From the NCBI RefSeq assembly GCF_006345805.1, contig NW_021832224.1, forward strand, positions 124,001 through 188,000: 64,000 nucleotides of DNA. Reading direction: 5' to 3'. The notes beneath the pieces were generated by a model. It saw only the letters and a list, made by a program, of their open reading frames with translations, did not search any database and was not told the DNA's origin. The stretch comes from Octopus sinensis (taxonomy: Eukaryota). This document shows, one piece after another, positions 26,421-40,164 of the stretch; the first letter of the stretch is position 1; every line of letters starts with the position of its first letter. Position numbers and translations under genes: made by a program.

Positions 26421-27654
26421 ATAAGTGACTTAACATTAAAAAAACTCACTATATGGAGTAGACAGGGGACTAAAATAGAGGATGAAGTTGATAAGAACTA
26501 CGGAGAATTTAGACTTATACTAATAGACTCCAAACCACCCTGACAGGGTTTTTATAAATCTCAATAAACTTGTTTTACATGTCACTTTTGAGCAGTTCGT
26601 TTTTGCAAAGAGGAGTTCAAACTTACGAATATTCGTATTCACGACAGTCAAGGAAGAAATGTATTGGATAATACCGAAAAAACTGAGACCCATTCTCTCT
26701 TAACTTGGTGATGGAATTTTGAATATTCTTAATGTTTTATGTGTGTAAATCGCTGTCAATCTACTCATAAAGGTCTTGAAAGCTTCTTAGACAAAGATGA
26801 TATCAGAATCATAAAAGTTTTACTGATAAAACACGTTTTTTGACTAAAACAGACCTCTCTGCTTTGATTAAAATAAAAATTAGAGCATGGTTGTCAGACT
26901 GGATTATCCAGAATCATTTTTATTAGCAGCACTTTCACAGGACCGAAAACGTTGTGTTGACTAAGGTCCCGTTCGTGCCATTCAAACATTTATTTTTAAC
27001 ATGATAAAAAGACCACGTAACTATTTAATCTAATTAATCTGAAATGAGTTTCATCTTGTCTTTTTTTCTTGTTATTAGCGTGTGACCTAAGAAGATTGGG
27101 AAGACATCTAATCCGGAGTTCAATTTATATAATGAATCCTAAAACTAAACAAAAGATGGTCATTTTGAGAATAAAATAGTGTGATTGATATCAAACAAAT
27201 AAATCCAGATTAATAAGGTTGAAAAGTAATAACAGCTTATTTAAAAAAATAAAATCCCCGTTGTTAGTTTAAATTCCTAGAGCGGGAAAACTCACATTTA
27301 CGAAGAAAGTTGTCTGCGTGTGGGGAGAAGCAGAGGTATATGTCGAGGGTTACGACTAGATCCGTCTGAAGATTTGAACAAGAAGACTCACAATAAAACA
27401 GAAATGTCAAGCCGATTATTTTAAATTTATTTTGATGTTTGACTTAATTAAAAAAATGACCTACAAATCCAAAAATTGACCAAATTGATCGAACAAACTT
27501 TTTATAGAAACCTTTTTGGTACATTTTTTCAATTAATCATTATTTTCAGACTAAAGTCTAATTCTAAATTGAAATTGACTTTATTGACTTATGTTGCCCT
27601 CCTAATGATAAAGAAAACTCAAATTAATGAATTTTATTAATAAATCGATTAATG

Positions 27655-29270
27655 TCACTTTTTCCTGACAAATACTTCTCTTTGTTCACCAAGAGAGCGA
27701 GTCTCGTGTTTAGATAAGTCACAATTTGCTAGTATTTGTGAGACACTTTCCAATGACAGTCCATTTTGAGCGAACTCGTTAATCGACCAATTAATTGCAA
27801 TCACACATTAACTGATTATTCTTTTTGCTTGCTCATCCCATTTCATTTGGCCGAATCGAGTTTAGGGACTCCATATTTTGTACCACGTCGAAGACTTTTT
27901 ACACATTTCTTGATTTTTGGGGTCATTTTGTGTTGTGGTAAGTCATAAAAATACTCTACTCTCACTACTCCCCAGGTCGGCTGTCAATAATCCGAATATG
28001 CCACAGTCCTCCGACTTTCCGTAGAAGGCACATTTCCGAATGGCAATCTAGGAGGTCCCAAAAAAGATTTGAACAATAAAACTCACGTAGAAATACAACA
28101 TTTCACAATTCCAATTCTTCAGTACTCAATTACTACAACAACTAGGCGAGATGACTCCTCTCCAGTCCCCCTACCACTAACACTCTGCTGCCCCAGTTTG
28201 GCACATGTCTGCAATAGTTGGAGAGCCGCCAAACTTCTCTTGGCTGGCTCGGCCAGAACAGTCATGGTGGTCACGGAATATAGCCTAGTCGGTCCACACA
28301 GACAGTCCAAGGAACTTGGTTAGTTCATTCAAATAAGTGGACTGACTGACAATCCGCCAGACCTCGACTGTGTGGTAGAGAAGGGGACTCTCATCGTGGA
28401 AGGTGCCTTCAGTTTCTGTACGGAAAAGGACTCGCAGGATGTCCTCAACCAGGACGAGTTTGACATGGAGGACTGGCCAGTCTCTGTACAGGTGGACCAG
28501 ACATTGGAAATCCACGAATGAGGAGTATTAGCCTACCTTCGTAGTAAAGGAGAAGTCTCCATGCAAAGTCGGAGAAAATCATGGGCGAAGGAGTGACAGT
28601 ACAGTCTGAAGAATACACTTTCTAACATCTCAGATTGAGGGGCTCTCATTACAGTGATTAGTTTTATTTCGGAGTTCAGTCAAAGTCTCCTTTTTGTTCT
28701 ATTGAGCATTATATATGCTTTTTGGCAGTTTCGTTCTCGTCCTTTGCCTTTTTGTAACTCTCTACAAACTCGTTGGTGACAATCCAAGAATATTCTAATT
28801 TTATTGGGCAGTCATACTCGGATCCTTCAAACTCATTACAAAAGGAGACAAGGCTATTGAAGTACTCTTTTAATGTTGCCTGGAGTTGTTGCTTTAAATT
28901 TCCCTAAAGTATCCCAAACTGAACTTCTGAGAATAAACTGATTATCGTCAGTACCCTAACTACACCGACTTATTAGAATTCATTTCATTAAACTAATTCA
29001 ACAACACCTAACTATATAAATAGATTTTGAACACTTTTTGTTAAACTAAAATGGGTGATTTAATGAAATGTATTTTGCATGGTTTATCTGATTGTTGCCA
29101 AAAAGATGATGGAATATGCAAAGCAGCGACGAATCGCCTTTAATGTATGCTATGTGGCATGGACAAATCTGTACTGCAGCTTCCACAGCCATTAATAGCA
29201 AATTGATAACCAAAAATAGGAAGAAACTAAAACGCACTACATAACAGATATGCACATGCTCTTGTCAAAT
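27655..29270 (-). CDS. Possible Integrator complex subunit 10-like protein, multi-exon
   Basis: Collinear weak matches to INTS10 as recalled: ACAYLL, KLVLVEDILRV, YHTVEVWRIVSQSTYLNELTKF, AIRKCAFYGKSEDCGI, FDVVQNMESL. Exon chain incomplete. Confidence 0.4.
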
Positions 29271-29339
29271 ATTATATTTAAAATAAGGTTAACCAATCAT
29301 TAATGCTTCTTATTAATAAATATAAATAAAAAATTAGAC

Positions 29340-29900
29340 CGACAACATACATAGAGAAATAATTCACAGGCGAACTGACAACCCTCATTACAAAGATTTT
29401 TAATATGTTATTTGATACCCATTCACTCTTAAAACTTGGTGATGGAATTTTGATTTTTCTGCATAAACCAGAAAGAGCAAGCGATTGATAAAAAATCCAA
29501 GACTTGTGATATTACTCGAATCATTGAGGAAGATACTATCTCTGATAACTCTTAGTAAAATGTCTTCTAATGTTTATAAATTTTTGTTCCCGAGATCGAG
29601 TGGTTTGAAAGGAAAGCTCGACCCCAGATACTGTTTGGTCCCACAAGTGGATATGTGTCATGTATTAACGATAAAAGAGTAATTTTAAGATTTCTGAAAT
29701 AGACATATCTAGTGCGTTTCCACTGTCAACAAAAAAACATTGTTTGACGTTGCTGGGAGTTTTATTGATGAGAATAATACAAGACTTGTCTGTTTCTATT
29801 ATAAAACACTAAATTAACAGTGTAAACACAAAATCAAACATTTCGAGACAACATTGGAATATCTTAAAGAGACTCTATTTACGGTTCTATTTATTATATA
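29340..29900 (+). mobile_element. Degenerate fragment of the same RTE-like LINE family as 2386-4575 (a shorter piece lies at ~26680-26800)
   Basis: LKLGDGILIFLHKP...PRLVILLESLRKILSLITL parallels LPLGSWILIPIQKS...RPVTLLNSLRKILSLISL. Confidence 0.7.
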
Positions 29901-30334
29901 CCTAAAAGCGGCATTGAGAGCTCTTAAAACAACATATTTTTGTCAGAAAATAATCAAGAACTTGTTTTAGAAAAAATCCCTGAAGAATTTAAGTTAAGTA
30001 GTCCCAAACAAGAAATTATGCACACTCGAGGCCAAACATTAACATTATTGAATCAAGTTGGATACTGTTCGGGCAATAATGGACAGTTACGTTAACAATG
30101 AAAACAAACCAAAGTGAACAAAAATCTTAACTGGATTAGAAGAAATTTGCAGAAAACCAAAAACATCTAAAAAAATATCCACAAAGCAGAGGACAATAGG
30201 GAATCCTAATGAAACAGATTATTGAACGTGTGGCACAAACGGGACTAACGTTCTTTGTTTCTACGAAAGTGATTTTTAATAATAAATCAAAAAACAATCG
30301 AAAAAGAAAGGAAATCCATAGAATAATTAAATTA

Positions 30335-32164
30335 TCACTCGTTAGAGCATGTGATGATCTCATCAATCCTCAATATATTCTTAGCCACCTGTGCTGCCAA
30401 TCTCAACTGCTGTGCCTTAGAAGAATAAGTCTCAATAACTTTCTGTTTCTTCATATCTAAAACAATAACCAACACTCCCCACCGTTAGTCCCCGCAAACA
30501 TACAGTCCACTCCAATATACGGATTCTTACTACTCACTTGCTCTGACTTTAGACTGGTGAGAGTATCAATACAACAATAGCCAGAATTCCTGGCCAAACT
30601 CATAGGAATCACATCGAGGGCATCAGCATAGGCTCGAATAGCATATTGCTCAACAGTGGATATCTACACTCCCCAAAACAACACACCTTCTCTGCCACAC
30701 TCTTTAGTTTGAGAGAACAGGACATCTCAACCGACCCTCCTCCATACACCACTCTGTTATCTCTGACCAGGTTACGAATAGCACACAAAGCGTCGTGTAT
30801 TCCACGTTTGGCTTCCTCCACTATCTTACAATTATTCAGTCAAAAAACCGTCCTGTTTGAGCCTCGAACTAAAATCGTGACGGTTTTTGAGTTTTTGCAG
30901 TCCTCGACGACCATCATGGGCTCCCGGGCAGTCCCAAAAACAATCTCCCTCACCACCCCACAATGACCAAGTCTCGAACTATTCAACTCATCAAATCTAG
31001 GCACAATCCTTCCTCCAGTAGCAATAGCCAATAACTGACATTAACACTCAATAAAAGACCTCAATTTCTGGTCCGCCAACCCATCTAACAGCAGGAAGGT
31101 CATTTTGGAGTAACAGGTGGTTAGCCTCATCATCAAACCCCCATTGACACATCACCACATTGGCACCAGTATCTTTAACCTACACTAAAAAAACATATCC
31201 ACCTTTTTAATCATATTATTAAAAGTATCCCGTTCATATTCACGGAGTTTATTATAATCTTCAACACACGTCACATCCAGTTTATGCTTAGTTTTGGGCT
31301 TTGGGGGCTCAAAAGGACAAGTAAGGATTGCAATTTTCGCATTCTCGACCTTCTTAGGCATTTGTGGGTGAGAAAAGTCTTTGTCGATGACAACTCCGTT
31401 GACCAGCATGGCCTCCTCTAGACGACCTCCGACCTTCCCAATGACCTTTATAAGTTCAAAATTGACGTCCTTTCGTTCAAAATCAGCCACAGCCATCACA
31501 GCATCCACTGCTATTCGGGCCATTTGTTCCTGACATCGACTCACACTAAAAATAAGCCCAAAAAACACATTTTTGATCCCAAAGTAGTTCTGGCCAGTTC
31601 ATATAACTGTTCTCTATCGGCAAAGTCTACTTTGAAGTCTTCTGAGATGTCTAATAGATGTTTGACTGCTATTTCTGTCGCCATTTCAAATCCGTCGCTA
31701 ATTCTCCGCGGATGTATCCCCTTGTCGATTAGAGCCTCTGCCTTATCAAGAAGAGCCCCTGCCAGTACTTTGAGGGGTATAATAGTAAGGGACTAACCCA
31801 CAACCCCTGTGGTCCCATCTCCGATCTCGTCGTCCTGGGATTGGGAGACTTGGACAATCAATTTGGCTACAGGATTCTCAATGTCCATTTCCTTCATGAT
31901 TGTGGCTCCGTCGTTGGTTATAATAGAGTCACCGTCGCAGTTAACAAGTAATTTGTCCATTCCTTTAGGGCCGAGAGAGGTGCTGAGTGTATTGGATATG
32001 GCTTTGGCTGCCATTATGTTTTTCTGGGGAAATTAGGGTAGGGAGGGTACTTTGACTGCATTTGTGCCTACAGCTTCTGTCTGGGTTTGGCCGGAGAATA
32101 GTACAATTGGATTTCCGTTTTCATCAAATGTCAAATAGCCCAATTGTTGCTCAGTTTCAGTCAT
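30335..32164 (-). CDS. CCT5: T-complex protein 1 subunit epsilon
   Basis: [90 protein letters not shown]. Confidence 0.97.
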
Positions 32165-32289
32165 ATATTTCTAATTATATAAATTTAATTGAATACATAC
32201 ACCACTACAATTAAGCTGAACAAAATGTGCTTGTCAACTATTTATTATATCTTAAAACAATATTTAGAATTAAGTTATTTAATAATAAT

Positions 32290-32680
32290 ATTTATGGAAT
32301 TTTTTTATCCCTTATTAAATTTTGCCTACCTCCTGAGATGGTGTTATTCATTTTCCGAGTAGCCATTCTTCCTGTGCTGATATATGGGCTGGAAGGGTGG
32401 ATCTTGTCCCCTTCTAAGGCAAAAATTATTAAACTACTGAAAAAAACGAGGAGACTAATGGTCGAGGTTGCCTTTGGAGTAAATCTATGAGAGCAAATTG
32501 GTAACCTTGTCGAAAGCCAGTTACAAAAGTTTCTTGTAAAGCCTCCTACTGGCTCTTAACTTTATGTCCGATATCTTTTTTGTAAAAATAAACTTGACTT
32601 ATCTTAATTTAAAAAAATATATTTGGCAATATTTTAATAATATGCTGAAAGATTTCAATGTCGTCAGAAACCAAGTCGAC
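32290..32680. mobile_element. Two LINE fragments in opposite orientations
   Basis: Plus strand IFRVAILPVLIYGLEGWIL (RTE post-RT region). Minus strand VDLVSDDIEIFQHIIKILP (follows YADD), cut by the adjacent pogo insertion. Confidence 0.55.
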
Positions 32681-32683
32681 ATA

Positions 32684-33794
32684 CAGTCCGACCTCTAATT
32701 GGGGCGCACCTCCAGGGGTGGGGCACCTCTTTTTTGGGGAAAACTCTGTTTTGGGGCATTATAAATTTTTTTAACCAAATTATAAAAAATCAATTAATTT
32801 TAACATCTCTATTTGGGGCATTGATTTTTTATTAAATAAAATTAATTATACCAATTTAAAAAATAAATATTTTAAGGCACGTTTCATTTCAAATTTCTTG
32901 TGTAATGCCTTTGAATTATGAAACCAAGTTGAAGATTGCTGATCATCTTTTAAAGAAAGAACATTCTGAGAGGAGATTATCCATAATGTACAATACTAGC
33001 AATGGAACTATTTTTCGTATAAAAAAGAATATTCTTCCATTTATCATAAAGGATTTCTTTCCTCATCATTAAGTGAAAATAAAAACGGATTTGATGAAAA
33101 AGTCCTTGATATTTTTCAGCGTCTAAGGGATCAGAATGTTCCAGTTTCTGAACTCTTTAAAAAAAAATTTCCCTAACTGTTTCTTCGAGAATGGGCTTAA
33201 ACAAGTTTAAAGCTCCAAATGATGGTTAGAAAAATTCAAGCAGAGGCATGAATTAAAATTCCGAACATTGTCAGGCGAATCCGCATCTGCTGATCATGCG
33301 ATAATTTTGAATTTTTTATCAGAATTAAATATCAAAGTTGAACAATATGGAAAGGAGAACATTTTTAATTGTTTTTCGCCAATCTCCATGGAAAGGTTTT
33401 TCGCCAATCTCCATCAGACTCGAGTTGCATAAATGAATTATCTGAAGAAATATTTAATAATGTTATTGATGAATGTTTTGATGAAATAGAAGATAATGAT
33501 CCAAATATCTATGAGAATATAAGCTGCGAACCATCAATATCACAAATTTCAAGTTTGATGGAAAACTTAGAGACAAACATCTTTGATTTGATTCCAGATT
33601 CTCTTCATGATTTTTATGAATTCAGAAAGAAAGTGTCGTTAGGAATAAAAATAAATATAAATATGGAGAAAAATTAACTGATTATTTTAAAAAATAATGA
33701 TCTTTTTCTTTATTTATTGAGCTTTTTGAAAAACCTCTTTTTTGGGGAAACCTCTGATTTGAGGCACTTAGTGCCCCATTTAGAGGTCGGACTG
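32684..33794 (+). mobile_element. Internally deleted pogo/Tigger DNA transposon
   Basis: TIRs CAGTCCGACCTCTAA at both ends flanked by TA (32682-83, 33795-96); CENP-B-type WLEKFKQRHELKFRTLSGESAS; DDE domain missing. Confidence 0.92.
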
Positions 33795-33809
33795 TATCTC
33801 GTTGTTTCT

Positions 33810-34430
33810 CTCACTGCCATCAGCCTATACATTTTAGAATCCTCAATATAGTTTTCAGAAGATTGTAGCCCATCTTTGTAACTATTTTTAGAATGATTTC
33901 CCCAATTGGAATTACACCACTCACGTGTCAAATATTACCACAAGTTTTAGATACTCTATGTCGATTCTGGTTGGTTTATAAACGGTTTTTGAGATAAATT
34001 GTGATTTGTGGCTCTTTCGGGGAACTTCAATTGGGCTGAAACCCACATTTCTGAATTGAGGCAGGTTTTCACACAGGTTTGGGTTGTGTAATTAAAAGTC
34101 AGTCGCGTTAGGGCTTTTGAATTAATTGTTGTTTGTTTATTTTCGTTTCGTTGAGTCATTTTCAGTTTTTTGAAAGTAAGTTGGATGGAAGTGACTGAGA
34201 ATTAGTTTTTTGGATGGTAATTTAGAGTTGGGTTTTGTTTTTGGTTTGTTATTTGGCTGTTGTTGTGTCTCGAAATGACATTTTTGAACGTCTTATGAAA
34301 CTGATTGTTGATTTTGTGTTTTTTGAGTATTAAAAGCTATTGGTGGACAAGAATTATGTATCCTCGTTTGTGATCAGGTTTTCAGGGGACTTAGATTTTG
34401 TTTTCATGGCAAGGAAGCAGAAGGATTGTC
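33810..34430 (-). CDS. Possible low-complexity hypothetical protein
   Basis: Q/N/K/P-rich open stretches on the minus strand just downstream of iRhom; no family match. Confidence 0.2.
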
Positions 34431-34606
34431 AATGATTTCTTTTTTGTGTGTTTTTTAGACCATAAAATTGGATTATTTCGCAACGAATTTTGCAGATATG
34501 TTCAATAATTATTTCTGTCAATTAATTCTGAGAACATTTGTGTCTTAAATTAAAATATAATTTAAAAAATTGATTATTTAAGTCAAAACATAATAAATTT
34601 TTTGAT

Positions 34607-36681
34607 TCAAGGCTGTGGACGCAATCTTCTAATCTCAATTCGAATATTTCGACAAAACCCATCCACAAGTGGAATACAATTCAAATACTCACACCCACGA
34701 CACTCCAAAAAAATATCAAAATAAAACAAAGCCATAAGCAACACAAAAAACAAAATAGCAGCCACAGAGAACCCCAATAAATTGAGTAGCCTACACTTCC
34801 TCCTCCACGGACATACCGTCATATGCGGAACCAAAACAAACGACATAAAAATGCCCATAATAAACCCCCCAATTCGAGCAGTATTATCAATATACGGCAA
34901 AAAACCAAACAAAAAATGAATAAAAACAATTCCACACAACTTGAACAAAACAATCCCCGGCCTACACACCACATTCCACTGGTGAATCAACTCCACAAAG
35001 GGGACAGCCAGGACACCCAGGAGACCCCCACTGGGCCCACTCTAAAATATCAGGACCACACTCACATGGACTACGTAGGGCATCAACACAGCAGATGTGA
35101 GTGTCCCAGCCACTCCACTGGCTAGGAAAATGATAGCAATTCTGAGGGATCCCACAAATTTTTCAATATCGCACATTACGAGGTATTCGGCCAGCAATGT
35201 GAGCACTAAGTGGAATATTCTACAGTCTAAAATCCCCAGTCTACCCAGCATTCATAAACATGGTGGTAAAAACACGGTAGAACTGGTCTGGGGTGTCCTT
35301 TTGAGAGAAGGGAGCATTCCACATATATTTTGGAGACAGTTGACCTATAAATAGAGGGGTGGGGGTGCCTGGAACACAGGGTGGCCTCCGGGTGGTAGAA
35401 TCCGTGGAGGAATGTGCAGTGTTGGTGGGTGGTGATGATACATTCAGCCTGTAGACGGACACAACAGGGTCTTCCGGTGAGGGTACATCGCATGTGATTT
35501 AGATTGTCGTTTATTAGTTTGGTTGTTTTGTTGAAATTGACTGATTTTAAACAAATCTAATTAATTATTTTATTTATTAATTTAAATAGATATTTAAATT
35601 TAATACAGGCCAGTTAGTTATGGTGGGGCTCCATTTTGAGATACCTACAGAAGCGGGATCAAGGCACCATCTACGAAATTATACAATCTAAATATACAGA
35701 GGGTCCTGTCCACAAACAGAACCACCAGTATTGTGCTTATTCCAGATAGCATTCCTAATCTAATGTATTTATTACAAAAATGAGAACAGAACATTGTGTT
35801 TGTAGTGACTGATAACATCCACTCCCATCATTAAGAACACAGCATGCAGTCTTCTCCTCCAGCTGTCTATCCCTTTCAACTGCCTGTTTAATGTTCAGGT
35901 CAGGCCGCATGCAGGGAGAGTATTTTGCCCCCAAAAGTATTAGGTCTTTCTACGCATAAAATATTAGTTTTTACATGTTCTGGTCCAAGCCAAATATTTT
36001 CACTGACATAACGTACTTCTGGCACAATTCCCATATCAGGTTTTAAGACCTAAAATGTCTTTTTGGTTTATAAATACGAAATCTCTTATCGTTTTTAACT
36101 GGTAGCCAATTGGAGCAAAACCGTGGACTGAAATGGCCACAATTGTGACCATAATTTGTACGAACATTAACCAATATGTAAAATAAGGTCTTTGTTTAAA
36201 AAATGGAATAAACCGGTAATTCGACGTGTTATTTTGTCCGGTGGGTCTTTGTTTGAGTCTTATTCCTAAAAGTCCCCACAAAATCGATGAAGTCCGGGTT
36301 CGAATCCCAGTCACCGCATTATTTGGATGTTGATTTCTTGGTAGCAATTCTCTGGGTCTAAAAATCTAAAGTTTTGTGATTACGTTATTCGGTTTTCTCG
36401 GTTATTTTCATTTTGATTTTTCTGAATTATAATAAACAATATTTTACAGTAAATGTGTTTAGTATTTTGTGGGTAGCCAATTCTACAATAGATGGTTTGT
36501 TTCTGTGTGGACTGTCCACGGAATGAGTTTCCTGTGTAGTGTTTCCCCTCATGAAGCTCCTGTTCATAAAATAGGTTCTTCGATTGTCCCAATCTTGGTC
36601 TGAACCATTTTCTGATAGGCCAAAAAAGTCAACAACTCCATCAGAGATCTTTTTCTGTAGGGAACTTCTTCCCTCTTCCAT
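34607..36681 (-). CDS. RHBDF: Inactive rhomboid (iRhom)
   Basis: SLQKKISDGVVDFFGLS, RPYFTYW, HGFAPIG, WPIC...HMRCTLTGRPCC, EATLCS, PDQFYR, GPSGG (Pro before the Ser site), LPYIDNTARIGG, C-terminal CEYLNCIP. The true start may be further upstream. Confidence 0.93.
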
Positions 36682-36800
36682 CTATGCAATAACTGTATTA
36701 CAAAGTTATAAAATACTTAAATCAATTGTTAACGTTACAATCAATTGGCTGTTATTTTTTAAAAATTAGTTTAATAATAATTAAAAGAAAATAAAAAGTA

Positions 36801-37330
36801 CAGTGGTCTTAACCGGCATTTAAATATACCGGATCTCTCTCTAAACCGAATAAAATAATTCCCAGAAAAAGATTACTTTTTTAAAAACACAATTTATTAT
36901 TAAAAAAGGGAAATAAGATTAATGAGAAGGTTGATGTTTTTTTGATGCAATTTTTTCAAATCATCTTCAGTTTTTCACAATGAGTATTTTTATATTGAGA
37001 AGTGCTGAAAAGCCATGTTTGCATAAATAGGTTTCGGAAAATAAGCAAAAAATTTAATGCGCTTACGAAAGGATAAAAATTACACATTTCTCACCAAAAT
37101 TCTGACAAAGAAGTTTATCATACAATTTTTAGTAATCGAAATATTGATTATATCAATAAAAGCCTCTTGAATATTTTCATCGACTAGACGTGGATCTGGA
37201 AAGTATTTATTTACTGTACGAATTAATTTTAAATCAAAATTGGCCAATTCTGGAAAGTATTTATTTACTTTTTTTGAATATCTGTTAAATGTGCATAAAT
37301 AAGGTCGAGTATTTTTTGGTTTCAAATTGA
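36801..37330 (-). mobile_element. hAT (Buster/Charlie-like) transposase 3' remnant
   Basis: KYFPE...FSETYLCKHGFSALLNIK...KKHQPSH* matches the Buster C-terminus; a CAGTGGTCTT terminus-like sequence at 36801. Confidence 0.65.
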
Positions 37331-37779
37331 TCTATTTTAGCAGATTTTTTTAAAAAGATTCAAACATAATAAAATTATTCAACTTTTTCTTTCCACAGTT
37401 GTAACTTCATAACAAAGGCATTAATAGTTAATATTAAACAGTTCACAAACTTAATTTTATCCACAAATTCTGATAGATTTTCTTAATAAATAGAATCTTA
37501 TTTAAAGTCCATCTGATAAGATGATTTTTATAAATCTAGAAACCTTGGTAAACCAAACCTCTCCATCAACCTGACAATTTTCGTGATCCTATCACGGTCT
37601 AGTTTAGACAAGTTCTCCGGTCCAAAATTTTTACAGTTTTTTAAATACAGCAGACAAAACTAAATTGACTTGCATAGTCCAGTTTAGACAAGTTCAAATT
37701 TATCAGACAATTTTAAAATGACTTAAACTCTTTATTACCGTTAAAATAAGATTAAAGAAAAACGAACAAAGTTGAGGAC

Positions 37780-40164
37780 TTAAAATCGGTCAAGAGTTCG
37801 AATGTGTATATCTTCTTGTTTTACATAATACTGTCCCCAAAGACGACTATAAATTATAAGAAACATGACGATGATTTGAGATATTAAAAATTTGGTCAAA
37901 TATAACTCTTTTCGAATCGTAGTATTTCCAAGTGGAAAAGAAAATATTAAATACATAAAGTTTAAAATAAAGCAAAACGAACCAGCTGCCAATAAGAAAG
38001 AAGTCTCTCTATAATTGGCCGGGACTTTTGCAGTATGAATAGCGATAATTATAACGATAATTTGCATCACAATTGCAATCACTGATTCGCTAAAAAACAA
38101 ATTTGTGTCAAAATTGCAAGATTTTATGGCCTGAGTCCCCTCGTAGATATAAGTAATTGGCGGATAGTAAAATATTTTTACTGCCGCCACAATAATCTAA
38201 ACGTTAATAAATATAACGGCACTGGTAAGCTCGAAATCAGCAAAATAATGACAACGATGAATTTTTTAGATACTAAGAATTTTATTATTTTTGTGTGTGA
38301 AAAATATGAAACGTTGAAAATTATCAGGATTCGACTCCCTTTAACAATCAAAGCCGAATTTATTAAAGATTCGGATATGATCATGGCTATTCGTACAAAC
38401 TAAAAAATTCACCAATAAAATACTCTGCAAATATTTTTTGAAGTATATAAAATGATCACAAAATTTGAAGCGTTGCCAATTAAAAGACCAATAAATATAA
38501 TTGCAATAGTATCCAGACCTGAAGCTTTGATTAATTGAGATTTATAATTTATAATAAATAAAATCAAAGCAAAAACAACAAATAAAAGCTCCAATGAAAG
38601 AAATACAAAATAAACAATTTCTATTTTGTTCAATGGAGCGTGAATAATATTTCTTTTAACACATCTATTAGGTAAATATCAAATATTTAACTTTTGTTTT
38701 GATTCATCCGGAAAATATAGAAAATCGCATTTTTGGCAAATTGTGTTGTTGATAATTATTTCATCTTGGCTGCACTTTAAACATGACCAGCAACATTTAA
38801 GACTTAAATGATATCTTTTGATTTCAAATTGTTTGCAAGGTTTATTACATTTTTCGTTAAGTCTGAATTTTGGAATGTTGATGTACTTAACTAAATTCAA
38901 ATTCGACTCTCCAATGATAAATGGCTTGAATCCCTTTGAATTATTGACACCATTAAGAATAAGAAAGGCACCAGAGTCGCCATTTTTATCAATTTTTATA
39001 GTTTCTCCAGCAAATTCAAAGCTTTTTGAAATGAAATATTTGTTCAGATTTGTTGCACTCATACATTCATGCAAAACTTGACAAAATAATCAAAAATTAA
39101 AAACCTTGATTCATGCACTCTTCTCTGTAACTATTCGTCGCAGCTTGAAGACCGACGTAGACTGTACGGACAAATGGTGAAAAAAAAGAATCGTTCACTT
39201 TACTGAGATTTACGTTTGGAAATAATGTATTTAGATGAATTTTGTTTATATTTTTATTTGTAAGATAAATCAAATTATGGATGTTTTTCATATGTGATCG
39301 ATTAAAACGATGTATATTTACTGAATCACCGGTGATGATTGAAATATTTTTAAACCTTGTATCAAGTCTGTTTAAAAACGATGTTAAAGTTGTTTCAAGA
39401 AAAAAAGCCAATATGATTCCAATACGAGAATCAATGATTTGATTGGGCAATGTTTCTTGGTTAGTTTCTTCGTAATTTATTTCGAAACTTATGCATGCTT
39501 CCGAAATATCTCTTAATTTATTTTTGAATAAAATTAACATATCGTTAGAATATAATGACTTGTCATATAAAATTCCAAAAATGTTGGTATTTGTAGCATT
39601 TAGAAAATTGATTATAAATAATATTTGATCGATGTTTGAAGATATAATTCTTACAAAATTGGGATATTGTGTTTTATCGGAAAAACGACTTAGCGTAGAA
39701 TCGTAAGTCATTTTCATAATACCAAAATTGTTATGGATCGGAAAAGATTTTTGACTAAGATCACTACTACCAAAACCAACTACCAATGGAATGTAACTCT
39801 CGTCACTAAAAAGTGACGAAGAGTTTAATTTTGGATTTGTTATCCCAAAAACGGAGTCAATTGTTAAATATCGTATTGGAGATATTTGAATAGCCCCGAG
39901 AACGAGAATACGAGATTTGTAAGAATTGTTAATAAAAATTGCCCCAAATAAGTCAAAGTTGTAAGTTTCCTTCAAATTTTGATTGAACTTATTTATTAAG
40001 TCTATGGCTGCTTGAGTTTCATCATTTGTGATTGGGGCGTTTATGGCAATAATAATTTTTCCATGAGGATTGTAAACTCGATAATATGATTTGTTCAGTA
40101 ATTGTAGATAAGCAGTAATTTGTACAAATGATAAAACAATGAGTGATAAAAATACTTTTTCCAT
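37780..40164 (-). CDS. Class C GPCR (mGluR/CaSR-like: Venus flytrap + cysteine-rich domain + 7TM)
   Basis: Signal peptide; VVGFGSS...TYDST...FSDKTQYPNFVRI; CNKPC...KCCWSCLKC...ICQKC; 7 hydrophobic helices with LIKASG and KVPANYRET. About 4 short introns. Confidence 0.9.

Noticed and set aside
30136-30366. Separate membrane-protein ORF downstream of CCT5
   Set aside because: It overlaps the CCT5 stop and 3' region; hydrophobicity is explained by T-rich sequence and there is no ATG-supported family match.
36239-36318. tRNA-like sequence with a perfect B-box (GGTTCGAATCC) and a partial acceptor stem
   Set aside because: No D-arm/A-box or anticodon arm, a mismatched T-stem, and it is antisense to an iRhom coding exon (AVTGIRTRTS).
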